Notes: generated by a model from the letters alone, not told the origin. Counted from the first letter of the stretch, positions 38,302 to 47,900 are shown. The stretch: DNA of 64,000 nt from Candidatus Thorarchaeota archaeon (GCA_020348985.1 CP070761.1:1075713-1139712); one strand, 5' to 3'. Numbers and translations are program-made.

Positions 38302-38930
38302 ATCCCGAGGTGTCAAAGAAACCGATGAGGGATTTTGAAGTTGTAACCGACCCGAAGGTGATAAAGCTCCTACTGGACACAACAAGGGCGGACATCGTAT
38401 TCAAGTACCTAGTTCAGGGCGAGATGACTGTCAAGCAGTTGGCCGACGCGATGCGGAAAAAGCCGGGAACAATACTTCACCATGTTCAGAAACTAAAAGA
38501 CGCTGGAATCATTGTCCTTGCGCGCACGAGAGAGACTCCAACTGGTATCATTGAGAGATACTACCGAGCGACAGCTAAAGAGTATAGACTGGGTATAAGT
38601 GAAATGCTGGGTGTCCAACAGATTATCTCGCAGACAATTGATGACCGTGTATCCTCAATAGTCTCGGGACTTTGGGTATATGGCATAAGAATTCCTCCTG
38701 AAGAGAGGCAAACGGCCAAGAAACTGCTGAAGAATCTAGTCCAACGGGAAGAGAAGCTAAGGGATGAGGTTCCGGTTCTAAGCGAAAAGGAGCATGAGAG
38801 CTTGCCGCCTGCCCTGAGAAGCGATTTGGCGGATGTGGTGCGGCAGTATGCGCTGCACAAGGATCCTCAATATCGCATCTTGCTCGAGGAGTGGTATGCG
38901 CTGCTGATGAAGTATCATTCCGACTCGTGA
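38298..38930 (+). CDS. ArsR-like winged-helix transcriptional regulator
   Basis: DP..IKLLLD.TR, EMTVKQLADAM...PGTILHHVQKL, IERYYRATA. Confidence 0.88.
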   Translation: MNPEVSKKPMRDFEVVTDPKVIKLLLDTTRADIVFKYLVQGEMTVKQLADAMRKKPGTILHHVQKLKDAGIIVLARTRETPTGIIERYYRATAKEYRLGISEMLGVQQIISQTIDDRVSSIVSGLWVYGIRIPPEERQTAKKLLKNLVQREEKLRDEVPVLSEKEHESLPPALRSDLADVVRQYALHKDPQYRILLEEWYALLMKYHSDS

Positions 38931-38933
38931 CAC

Positions 38934-40526
38934 CTATCGCTTCTTTACTGAAGACAGGAAGACTACTGCAACCACGAACACAATCGAGAATCCTAGTCCG
39001 ACACCGAGGAGAAGGTTCTCGAACTCGCCTGCAGGAGGTCCCGTCATGTTAGGATCCTCTGTTGATGTTGCAGTTGTTGTCGTGGTGGTTGCGATTGGGG
39101 GTTGCTCTGTAGTCGTGGGTTCAGGAAGGATGCCATGCGCATAATAGATGTCCATCTTTTCATCTCTGCCATCAGTCCAGACTACGTGTGGAATGCTCTC
39201 GTTGTCGACACGGACTGTGAAATAGTCCCCAGGGCGAGTGAAGTTGTTGGATGTCCATTGCTCTGCAATCGGGATTGGATCGCTCAATGATACAATCTCT
39301 CTTTGCTCTCCCGAGATTGAAGCCTTCCTGTAGTAAGTTCTGTAGTATTCCCCACGCTCGTCATAGTACACAATGTGCAAGTTGCCTTCGGAGTCGATGT
39401 CCATTTCAGGTTGCCACTGATGTCCATCATGAATCGGATTGACCAGAATTCGATTGCTCCAAGTTACTCCGTAGTCATCGGAGTATCGGAGAAATACATC
39501 AAATACCCGCTCGGTCGAGTTGAATGTGTCCGACCAAAGAAGGTACAGCCTGTCGTTGTGGTCAAAGCGTATGACTGGGATTGTAATCTTGCTGGGACGT
39601 CTGTCTGCGTTTATCCACCATCCATGATGCCCGTCGTTATTGACAAACTGGGGTTCTGTGAAAGTGGCGCCGTCATCGTCACTTTTCGATAACAGGATTT
39701 CCCCACCTGAATCCGTAAACCATGTTGAGGCTACGAATAATGAGCCCTGGTTGCTCTGTGTGATATAAGGTGCCACATGCCCCTCGTCAGGATTCCCTAT
39801 TGTCGTTGTATCGTGGAAAACTGCTGCCCCATCGTTTGAGATGGACACGCGGATAGTTACGTTACCACCTTCTGACGTATCTACATCATCATAGACCACG
39901 TAAACGGTTCCATCGTCATGGACAATCATAGTCTCTTTGTCGGCAAAATGCTGCCCACCCGAGGCCCTCACAGGATTCCAGGAAGAGCCAAGATCGTCAC
40001 TCTTAGCCACTGTGATTTGCGAAAAGTAAGGCCCCGAGACCGAGAACTCCAGATAAGCATAGTAGATGCTTCCATTGAACCAAACCAGCCAGGGATCAGA
40101 CTGACGTGTGACAATATCATCGCCGGGGGCGCTTTGAGAGAAATCGATCTGAAAACTGAACATCGGCATGTGAAGGGGATGGGTCCACGAATCGCCCCCG
40201 TCAGTTGATTTAGAAAAACTGACTCTAGCCCCGCCACCATTGTGAGTCTCGGAATTCTTCCAGCCGGCGAATAACACACCATCCTCACTAATCGCCAAGG
40301 TCGGCTCTACCTGATGGTCATAAAGTGCATCATCTATTGAAAGCAGCTTGTTTTGGGAGAACGACACGATTTCTGTACTGTGACTCTCCGCTGACGAAAC
40401 CCGACGTTCACCAGTCTCAATTGGATCTGTAACATCAGATGGAAAGCTGAAGCTTGCTAAAGGTGATATAATAAGTAGAAGAAACATGAATGTGAGCGCC
40501 ACTCTCTTCATGCACTGTCGCCTCAT
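38934..40526 (-). CDS. Secreted BNR/Asp-box (sialidase-like) beta-propeller protein with Thr linker and TM anchor
   Basis: Asp-boxes STDGGDSW, SDDLGSSW, SNDGAAVF, SDDDGATF, SDDYGVTW; PGDY; TTTTTTT; TM then KKR. Confidence 0.88.
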   Translation of the reverse strand: MRRQCMKRVALTFMFLLLIISPLASFSFPSDVTDPIETGERRVSSAESHSTEIVSFSQNKLLSIDDALYDHQVEPTLAISEDGVLFAGWKNSETHNGGGARVSFSKSTDGGDSWTHPLHMPMFSFQIDFSQSAPGDDIVTRQSDPWLVWFNGSIYYAYLEFSVSGPYFSQITVAKSDDLGSSWNPVRASGGQHFADKETMIVHDDGTVYVVYDDVDTSEGGNVTIRVSISNDGAAVFHDTTTIGNPDEGHVAPYITQSNQGSLFVASTWFTDSGGEILLSKSDDDGATFTEPQFVNNDGHHGWWINADRRPSKITIPVIRFDHNDRLYLLWSDTFNSTERVFDVFLRYSDDYGVTWSNRILVNPIHDGHQWQPEMDIDSEGNLHIVYYDERGEYYRTYYRKASISGEQREIVSLSDPIPIAEQWTSNNFTRPGDYFTVRVDNESIPHVVWTDGRDEKMDIYYAHGILPEPTTTEQPPIATTTTTTATSTEDPNMTGPPAGEFENLLLGVGLGFSIVFVVAVVFLSSVKKR

Positions 40527-40721
40527 ACCATGGGATCTGGTCCTGTAGAGTGTGTCATCACTAACCCGAGCTCAAAAAAGTTGTTTACTGAGCAAACCAA
40601 AAGGATAGGACAAATACGAGAAAGATACTTTGTCGACCTACAAACTGGACCAACTGCTGTCTAGTCAGTTTCAAATACCAGGCGGTTGATTATCGTACAA
40701 AGCGGGCCTGCAAGAGATGAG

Positions 40722-41933
40722 ATGCCAATGAAAGAAATCCTAGTCAAGGCTGCAGAGATCATAATCGGAAACGGGGAGATGCTCGAGGACGCATCAGTTC
40801 ATGTTCGAGGCAACAGAATAGCCGATGTCGGACCTGATGTGAAATCGCCAAATGCCGAAGTCATGGACTTCTCAGACCGTGTCATAATGCCAGGCATCAT
40901 TGATACACACATACACGTTAGTCACGACGGTCAGAATCCAGATCCCAGGGAATCATCACTCTTCACCGACGAATACCTAGCAATTCGCGGAGCGAAACTG
41001 GCAGGGCAGATGCTGCAATATGGAATAACAACAGTTGCTGATGCTGCTGCAAGAAGCGATGTTTCATTTGCAGTGAAACAGGCGGTAGAAAAAGGAATAG
41101 TACGGGGACCGAGAGTGCTTGCTTGCGGAAGAATGATCACGATAACCGGCGGCCGTGACAGGATATACGGACCAAATGAAGCAGACGGCATAGATGGAGT
41201 TCGTCGTGCAACAAGAGAGGAGCTCGGAAGAGGTGCTGATTTCATCAAGTTAGCTGCCACAGGAGCGATTTCGTCATCCAGGACAGAGAGCTTCAGTGCT
41301 CAATTCACTCTGGAAGAACTGCGAGCGGCCGCGGAAGAGACACATAACGTAGGCAAGATGGCTCACGCTCATGCCTACGGGGACGCAGGAGTACAAAACA
41401 CGATCCTGTCAGGCGTTGATGTTGTGGTGCATGGTCATCCACTGAGTGATGAATCCATTGACATGATGCTAGAGAATAAGACACTTCTAATGCCGACTCT
41501 TGTGACCTATTACGAATCCCAGAAGCATCACGATGATGGGGACCTCCCTGACTACATGGTCCGGAAGGAAAGGGAGCTTTTCCCTCTAATAGAGAGTGGC
41601 ATCAGAAACTCGGTCAAGAAGGGAGTGGAGATTGTTTTAGGCTCGGACACAGGAATGCCTTACACTCCCTTTGGGCCTTCAACATTGATGGAACTAGAAC
41701 TGCTTGTGAAAATGGGTGGGATGTCTGAGATGGATGCTATTGCGGCTGGAACTCTCAATGCAGCTAGGTCTCTGAAGATAGAATCCGACACAGGGACTAT
41801 TGCTCCTGGCAAGTCCGCTGATTTCCTAATTCTGGGTGAAGATATCAATCCAGTGGACGACATCACATCACTACAGAAACTCGGTGCCATTGAGGCAGTC
41901 TTCCTGAGGGGAAAAAGAGTAATCGCCGAGTAA
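40722..41933 (+). CDS. Metal-dependent amidohydrolase (Xaa-Pro dipeptidase-like)
   Basis: MPGIIDTHIH, GADFIK, AHAYG, HG, GSD, GK.AD. Confidence 0.92.
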   Translation: MPMKEILVKAAEIIIGNGEMLEDASVHVRGNRIADVGPDVKSPNAEVMDFSDRVIMPGIIDTHIHVSHDGQNPDPRESSLFTDEYLAIRGAKLAGQMLQYGITTVADAAARSDVSFAVKQAVEKGIVRGPRVLACGRMITITGGRDRIYGPNEADGIDGVRRATREELGRGADFIKLAATGAISSSRTESFSAQFTLEELRAAAEETHNVGKMAHAHAYGDAGVQNTILSGVDVVVHGHPLSDESIDMMLENKTLLMPTLVTYYESQKHHDDGDLPDYMVRKERELFPLIESGIRNSVKKGVEIVLGSDTGMPYTPFGPSTLMELELLVKMGGMSEMDAIAAGTLNAARSLKIESDTGTIAPGKSADFLILGEDINPVDDITSLQKLGAIEAVFLRGKRVIAE

Positions 41934-41949
41934 CAAGTCCTCTAGTTTT

Positions 41950-42360
41950 TACTGAGATGGGAGGGACGGGGCTCTGCCCCGTCCGCCGTTCCTGACGAAC
42001 GGCACATGGAGAGCAGGAGCTAATCCAATTACTTTCTCATTGTCTGAATGGACTGGCGAATCTGTTGGACTGCGTTCAGTCCTAGACTGATTCTTCTCTA
42101 TCCTCTGTTCCCGGCGAAGCATCAACCAAGATGACCACAACGCCCCCCAGAATTATCTGCCCCCAACTTGACACGTGTCCAGCTGAATGGAGCGTTGTGA
42201 TCGCGCTCAGAGAAGCCCAGTATGCGTGCGACTCTTGGGTTTCTCAGAGAGCTTGGTGGTGTATGCCTAGGCTTTTGCCAAGACGTGTTATTATGGGCAA
42301 ATCAGTATTTAACCGGGGGAGTTTCGGTTTGGAAATCAACTTCCCAGTTGGAAACTGGGT
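41950..42360. ncRNA. Candidate structured non-coding element of unknown family
   Basis: At least six stems in about 400 nt with no credible ORF; nested multibranch pairing; see findings. Confidence 0.5.
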
Positions 42361-42404
42361 GATTCACTACTCAGATTCAGATTAGCCTGTTGGTCATTAC
42401 CACA

Positions 42405-43313
42405 TCAAATCACTAGCTCTGAGGAGTCTACATCTCTGACGCCCATCCTACGGGCGATTCTCTGCATGGCTCTTTTCGAGGCACTCCCTATCATCTCGTG
42501 GAAAACAACCATGGGAAGGATGAATGCAATCGTTAGCAGAGGAAGCCCAACGGAACTGATGAAGCCTCTCAAAACAACTTCGTTGAACTGCCACCCAAAA
42601 TTGACAAGCGGCACGTAGAAGTTACTGACGATCGATGTTATTGGTACTGTTATGATAGTGAATCCAGTCAAGAAATTGCTATACCATCGACCTACACCTA
42701 TTGTGTCTGGACATCTTCTGGCCTCGAGTTCACTGGGCTTAATCTTAGTGACGATACCTGCATCGTTTAGTACCCACGTGGGCATGAAGAAGCCAAGAGT
42801 GACTGGAACAACGATGACAGCAGCTACAATGGATGTGAGTGGACCATACCACTGTCGGGCCAGCATTGGGAGAATAGTCAAATCGTCCACTGGTTGATTG
42901 AACAGGTAGTCTGCCACAAGCCCATACACAAGCTGTCCTATTGAAAGGCTAAACAACGCGGGAATAACCGCCCTCTTGATCATGCGCATTGCTCCGAATT
43001 GCACTCCGAGGGGTACTATGCTCTGCTCGTATGTACGGACTCTTGCGATTCTATTCGCGAAAAGGAAGATTGTGGCAATTGGAATGATCAATATAAGGTA
43101 CTCAGCTATGAGGATTGGTACTATGAAGGTCAAGAGCCAAAGAACGTCGTCTTGCATGTCTCCCTCAACATATCTGATCATGTCATATGGATAGTACGAA
43201 CCAAGAGTTGCTGCGAATATTCTCGATATCTGATCGACTATTATTGCTGCAGATGCAAAACCGGCAATTGCAAACGCCATTGGTGGAAGAAATCTCAGGA
43301 ATCGATACTTCAA
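42405..43313 (-). CDS. Hypothetical multi-pass membrane protein
   Basis: Six hydrophobic segments, P.WVLNDAG and GVG.WY motifs. Confidence 0.75.
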   Translation of the reverse strand: MKYRFLRFLPPMAFAIAGFASAAIIVDQISRIFAATLGSYYPYDMIRYVEGDMQDDVLWLLTFIVPILIAEYLILIIPIATIFLFANRIARVRTYEQSIVPLGVQFGAMRMIKRAVIPALFSLSIGQLVYGLVADYLFNQPVDDLTILPMLARQWYGPLTSIVAAVIVVPVTLGFFMPTWVLNDAGIVTKIKPSELEARRCPDTIGVGRWYSNFLTGFTIITVPITSIVSNFYVPLVNFGWQFNEVVLRGFISSVGLPLLTIAFILPMVVFHEMIGSASKRAMQRIARRMGVRDVDSSELVI

Positions 43314-43441
43314 CGCAGTTCAGAGCTTTGGTGGAAAGCCCTGTATCTAAGTGTTGTCGGTGCCCTCTTTTCGCAAAACCATATGCTATTAGAAAGGGTT
43401 TTGTGCAATGAATCAATGGAGATTGGACGGGGTTAATCGCT

Positions 43442-43693
43442 ATGGGAGAGAAGAAGAGAGTCGGTGTGGTAACACGCTATTTTGGGAAGATTAGCGTGGC
43501 TGCGATCATGCTTGAAGACAGCCTTGAAGTTGGTGCGCGAATCAGCATTGAAGGAACAACGACAAACTTCGAGCAGAACGTGGCATCAATGCAGATTGAC
43601 CGGGAGGACATTCAGAAAGGCGAACCGGGCCAAGAGATTGCGATCAAGGTTGCCGACCGCGTAAGAGAGAATGACGTAGTCTATTTGGTATAA
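43442..43693 (+). CDS. Small translation-factor-like beta-barrel protein (EF-Tu domain II-like)
   Basis: VG.VT.YF.KISVA, L.VG..I.IEG.TT.F.Q.V.SMQI, G.EIAIKV..RVREND.VY. Confidence 0.85.
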   Translation: MGEKKRVGVVTRYFGKISVAAIMLEDSLEVGARISIEGTTTNFEQNVASMQIDREDIQKGEPGQEIAIKVADRVRENDVVYLV

Positions 43694-43723
43694 ATTGCTG
43701 TATCATGAGAAGAGTAATTCAGC

Positions 43724-44953
43724 TCATTCATTGGCTTCCTTATCCTTCCTTCTCTTTAGTTTAAGGGCTGTAACTATCCCCTTCTCTTTCATGACCTTCT
43801 TTCTCAGGTCGCCTTCTGTCATTGAGAAGAACTTGGTTCCAAATTGCTTCACACGATCCCAGTCAATTGGAATTCCAAGCCCAGGATCATCAGGAAGCTC
43901 GAGGAATCCGTCCTTTGGAACGATTGGTGATCTGAGTATCCCGTCTCGAAACTCCGGCGTCCAAGATCCGGGCTCGTGGGGATATTCCAGCGGGAGATTC
44001 CGATCTGCAACTGCGGCGACATGCATATTGGTCCACAGTCCAACTCCGTTCGTCCAAGTATGCGGGCTGAATCCCAAGTCTCTCTCTTGTACAGCTGATA
44101 GAGTCTTGAGTGTGTCTTTGAATCCAAAGACAGTAACGTCGGGCTGGTAAATGTCGAGACTTTCGAAGTGTAGGAATATTCTTGCCTCGTTCCAACCGGC
44201 ATTGAGCTCAGCACCTGCCAGTTTGATTGGGCTCACTTTTCTGAGTTCTGCCATCTCCTCGTATGCATGCATGTCAAGTGGCTCCTCTAGCCACCAGAGA
44301 TTCTGATCAGACACTTCTTCGACAAAGGCTTGTGCCCTTTCGAGATCCCAAGCTGGAATGTTGTCAACTATTGTTACTGGCCATCCACTATTGCTGTCGA
44401 CCATCAGCGGAAACTCTGCATCAACAAGGGCCCTCGTTTTCCTTATTGATGAAACATCATCTTCTAACGACTTGGATTTGACCCTGAGCTTAGTTCCCGA
44501 GTAGCCCTCACTCTGTGCCTGCTCGACAATCTTCGCATGTCGTTTGGGTTCGCAGACTGATCCTGTAGACCAGTAGACCGGTAAGGGCTCATCAGAACCG
44601 CCCAGCATCTTCCAAACAGGCACATCCGCGACTTGCGCCTTAATATCAAAGAAGGCTGCCTCCATCCAGAAATTTCTCCACCCCAAATATGATGCCTCTC
44701 TCATTCTCTGATGGGCCAGCTCAGTGTCACAGGGGTCAATCCCAAGAATGTAAGGTGCAAGTAGTCCGCCTAGTCCCTCCCGTTCATCACCAAAAGCAAC
44801 ACCTGCCGCCAGACCCTCACGATCGTCGTCCGTGGTTAGTCTCAATAGCGTGAAACGATTGTGTGTCTGCGGATAACCAGGTATCCATGATGAGTAGAAT
44901 GCCTTCTTCAGAGGAATCGATATGTGATGTAGTTCAACCTTCACTATCTTCAT
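43724..44953 (-). CDS. Mandelate racemase/muconate lactonizing (enolase superfamily) enzyme
   Basis: DIKAQ...VPVWKMLGG, KLR, LMVDSN, WLEEP, GAE, QPD, PHTW, LP..PGLG. Confidence 0.92.
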   Translation of the reverse strand: MKIVKVELHHISIPLKKAFYSSWIPGYPQTHNRFTLLRLTTDDDREGLAAGVAFGDEREGLGGLLAPYILGIDPCDTELAHQRMREASYLGWRNFWMEAAFFDIKAQVADVPVWKMLGGSDEPLPVYWSTGSVCEPKRHAKIVEQAQSEGYSGTKLRVKSKSLEDDVSSIRKTRALVDAEFPLMVDSNSGWPVTIVDNIPAWDLERAQAFVEEVSDQNLWWLEEPLDMHAYEEMAELRKVSPIKLAGAELNAGWNEARIFLHFESLDIYQPDVTVFGFKDTLKTLSAVQERDLGFSPHTWTNGVGLWTNMHVAAVADRNLPLEYPHEPGSWTPEFRDGILRSPIVPKDGFLELPDDPGLGIPIDWDRVKQFGTKFFSMTEGDLRKKVMKEKGIVTALKLKRRKDKEANE

Positions 44954-45114
44954 GGCGATTCTCACCAGTCCACGCAAAATGGTGACAAGAGAATAGACTC
45001 ATAGTTCTTTCTGACCATAGGAACTGCAGATTCCGGGTGAAACCTCAAATGCGTTCATGAAAACCAGGCGTTCGTGAACATCTTGTTTTGGATGACTACT
45101 GCCAGAAAGGACTA

Positions 45115-45140
45115 GCGATGCCGCCCGAAGGGGCTATCGC
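45115..45140 (+). promoter_or_regulatory. 5'-leader hairpin of small basic protein gene
   Basis: GCGATG-cc-GCCC-GAAG-GGGC-TATCGC, 10-bp stem with 2-nt bulge, just before AGGT and the TTG start. Confidence 0.45.
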
Positions 45141-45155
45141 AGGTTATGCGAACAT

Positions 45156-45350
45156 TTGCCACACAAGAAAGGCCGCAGAGGCCAGAAGAAGACTAAGGTT
45201 CGCGAGGTTGGCGGTAAGCGCTACCCACACAGAACGGAGAGATGTACTGCTAACATTGCTCCTAACTGCAAGATATGGGTCAATGCAAATACTATGCCAG
45301 TTATTGGTGTCTGCAAACGCTGTTGGCAGGCAAAGAGCTCCAGAAACTGA
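45156..45350 (+). CDS. Small, very basic Cys4 zinc-binding protein
   Basis: MPHKKGRRGQKKTK...CTANIAPNC...CKRC; AGGT upstream, T6 tract at 45371-45376 downstream. Confidence 0.7.
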   Translation: MPHKKGRRGQKKTKVREVGGKRYPHRTERCTANIAPNCKIWVNANTMPVIGVCKRCWQAKSSRN

Positions 45351-45488
45351 GCGGCTCTGCCCCACCCCTATTTTTTCTATGTGTAGTTTGATTAGAAAGA
45401 CAGCAAGGTATTGCTCGAATCTTACGTTTTAAGCATGCAAGACTGTGTCGTCAACAATTAGTCTGGAGTGTCTTGGAGCTGTTACCGG

Positions 45489-47168
45489 ATGTCAGATGAA
45501 TGTGAATCTCACAATGATTCCACCCATCGTCGAGGTCTTTGGAGGATTGGAATAATTGCAGTGGCCAGCGCATTGTGGATGGCTTATAGATCTGGAGGAA
45601 GACCATCAAGAATCCGCTATCCTTGTCAGCAGGCTGCATTGGCCAACATCCAAGCACTTCAAGTAGCTCTGCTGGCGTCAATTCCGAGTCTGGCAAGCAT
45701 CGCCTCGACAATGCGGAGTCTAAGAACCCCAGCAATCCTGACATTGCTTGTTGTTGGCTCTGCAGTTGTCACTACAGATTCCTTTGCTGTAACCCCAAAT
45801 TACTCATTCACCTCTGAAGATTACGATGTCAGAGTTCCCATCACGATTGCTCCAATAACATCAGCATCACCTGAGTCCGCTTCAGACATTTTCGTAGTGC
45901 AGAATTCTACTAGGGCAGAAGGCAGTACTGACGATGCGGTGTCCACTTTATTCGAGATGATGTCTGGGCAAGATCTTCATTTCTACCAAACGGAATCCAA
46001 TGAAGATGGACTGATTGCATCCGATGACGTTGTCCTTCTGAAGGTAAATGGACAATGGTCTTACAGGGGCGGTACCAACACCGATCTCCTCAGAAGTGTG
46101 ATCAGGATGATTATAGACCATCCTGATGGGTTCACTGGTGAAATTGTGGTCGCTGACAATGGTCAGGGGCTCGGAAGCATGGACAGGTACTACGCCAATT
46201 CATTCTACCGCAATATCTCATTTCAGGAAGCAGTAGACACCTTTGATTCTCACAACATTTCCACTATCCTTTGGGACGACTTCAGAGACATGGAAGTCGA
46301 GGACTTTGACCAAGGAGATTACGCTGCAGGTTACGTTCTAAGTGATGAGTGGAACCCGGAAACAGAAATCTATGTTTCCTATCCAAAGTTCACAACTGCA
46401 TACGGAACCTATGTCAGTTTCATGAAAGGCATATGGGATGACTCGACAGGATTTAATCACGACAGACTAAAGGTAATCAACATGCCAGTGTTGAAGACGC
46501 ACTTTAGATATGGAGTGACCGGGTGTGTGAAACACTACATGGGAGTGCCCAAAGGGGAAATCTTGGAGGGGACTACTCCTCACGAGCACTTCTCAATAGC
46601 TCTTGGTGGCATGGCGACCCTCATGGTTGAGACTCGCGCGCCAGTCTTGAACATCCTTGACGCGATCTGGGTCAACGCACGGCCCACGGAAAGCTCTACC
46701 AACGCAGGACCGTCCACATCATACGGCACAGCAAGCTGGACCGACATAATCACGGCGAGTACTGATCCAGTGGGGCTTGACTATTGGGCCTCAAAGAACA
46801 TTCTGATACCAACGGCTCAGCATCTCGACTATACAGTCTACAACTCCATTGATCCAGACTATGAACCTACCAGTACTGGAATCATGGACGAGTCATTCCA
46901 CAACTATCTAGAGAGGTCTATGTTGATCCTCAGAAACGCTGGATTTCAGGTCACCATGAATCAATCTGAAATGAACGTGTTTGTGGAGGCTTTGGCAGAC
47001 GTCTTCATTCCTACTACAACGACAACTACCACAACTGCGACAGACACAACTACAACAACAACTGATGACTTCCCACAACCTCTGGTGACCACAGTAGTGA
47101 TTTCAGTAGCAGCTGTTGCAGTTTTGATCTTCATGGGGCTTGTGAGAAGAAAGTCAGATGCTCCTTAG
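45489..47168 (+). CDS. DUF362-domain surface protein with Thr linker and TM anchor
   Basis: DVVLLKVN, TNTDL, INMPVLKTH..GVTGCVKHYMG, LNILDA, STDPVGLD; poly-Thr; TM then RRK. Confidence 0.82.
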   Translation: MSDECESHNDSTHRRGLWRIGIIAVASALWMAYRSGGRPSRIRYPCQQAALANIQALQVALLASIPSLASIASTMRSLRTPAILTLLVVGSAVVTTDSFAVTPNYSFTSEDYDVRVPITIAPITSASPESASDIFVVQNSTRAEGSTDDAVSTLFEMMSGQDLHFYQTESNEDGLIASDDVVLLKVNGQWSYRGGTNTDLLRSVIRMIIDHPDGFTGEIVVADNGQGLGSMDRYYANSFYRNISFQEAVDTFDSHNISTILWDDFRDMEVEDFDQGDYAAGYVLSDEWNPETEIYVSYPKFTTAYGTYVSFMKGIWDDSTGFNHDRLKVINMPVLKTHFRYGVTGCVKHYMGVPKGEILEGTTPHEHFSIALGGMATLMVETRAPVLNILDAIWVNARPTESSTNAGPSTSYGTASWTDIITASTDPVGLDYWASKNILIPTAQHLDYTVYNSIDPDYEPTSTGIMDESFHNYLERSMLILRNAGFQVTMNQSEMNVFVEALADVFIPTTTTTTTTATDTTTTTTDDFPQPLVTTVVISVAAVAVLIFMGLVRRKSDAP

Positions 47169-47213
47169 AGATTCCAGCTAGGTACAATCCACTACAACAA
47201 TATCAGAAATCTC

Positions 47214-47561
47214 CTAGTCTATGTCTTTCCGATCATGTAGCTGGTGGCGAATCCATACCATTGGTGCCCTCAATGCAAGGCGAGGACCTGAGAATCTCAT
47301 AACAGCGCGAATCTGTTGCCGCATGTCGGGCTTATAGCAGTGAACAGGACACTTGCGGCAAGTGGGCTTTTCTTCACCATAACGACACCTCGAAAGACGT
47401 GCATGTGAATAGTCCAGCAGCTCAGCACATTCATCACAAATGTTTGAAACAGAATCATGCTTCTTTTCACAGTAGAATCGTATCATATTCTCTACTGTGT
47501 TCTTCTCATCCTGAATCTTGGGACCGTCACGATGATACGAGCCATTGGGCATAATGTTCAA
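47214..47561 (-). CDS. YgbA / nitrous oxide-stimulated promoter family zinc protein
   Basis: EK.TV..MI..YC...H, C..C..L, RL..C.YGEEKPTC.KCPVHCYKP, VMRFSGPR. Confidence 0.9.
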   Translation of the reverse strand: MNIMPNGSYHRDGPKIQDEKNTVENMIRFYCEKKHDSVSNICDECAELLDYSHARLSRCRYGEEKPTCRKCPVHCYKPDMRQQIRAVMRFSGPRLALRAPMVWIRHQLHDRKDID

Positions 47562-47669
47562 TCACCGGGCTGATCTGCACTCATGCCTATGTCTATGTAA
47601 TAGTATCTGAAACGGCACAGAAAGAATTGTGCCCCATTCCAGCGCCCCGCAATTCCATTCTAGAACATG

Positions 47670-47900
47670 CTATTTCGGTCGTCCACGCAATAGGCCTGAG
47701 ACATCGTTCTCAGTGATCTCGTGTATGTCAACAAAAAGAGACAGCTTGTTAGCCTTCGCCCAGGTTTCTGCAAGGTGTTTGGCGCGGGCTATTTGCAGTA
47801 CCTCTCCTGTTGTCTTGCTCCATACCCCCCACATCCTAAGGAATCTCATGGAAACCTTGTCACGTTCTTCGGTAAATACCCAGTCGGACCCATCACTCAT
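47670..47900 (-). CDS. Hypothetical protein
   Basis: ATG-started 76-aa ORF filling the intergenic space with plausible composition. Confidence 0.5.
   Translation of the reverse strand: MSDGSDWVFTEERDKVSMRFLRMWGVWSKTTGEVLQIARAKHLAETWAKANKLSLFVDIHEITENDVSGLLRGRPK

Noticed and set aside
41950-42360. Assignment of the structured region to RNase P RNA, SRP RNA, cobalamin riboswitch or a self-splicing intron
   Set aside because: Only isolated partial matches (GAAACTCCCCC, CTGCCCCC); the required partner motifs are missing or in the wrong order
41949-42385. ORFs 41949-42140 (-) and 42131-42385 (+)
   Set aside because: No recognisable motifs or RBS; better explained as chance frames across a structured non-coding region
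47011-47063. ACN-rich low-complexity tracts here and near 5770-5825 and 39060-39120
   Set aside because: They encode Thr-rich linkers of surface proteins; not CRISPR or independent tandem repeats
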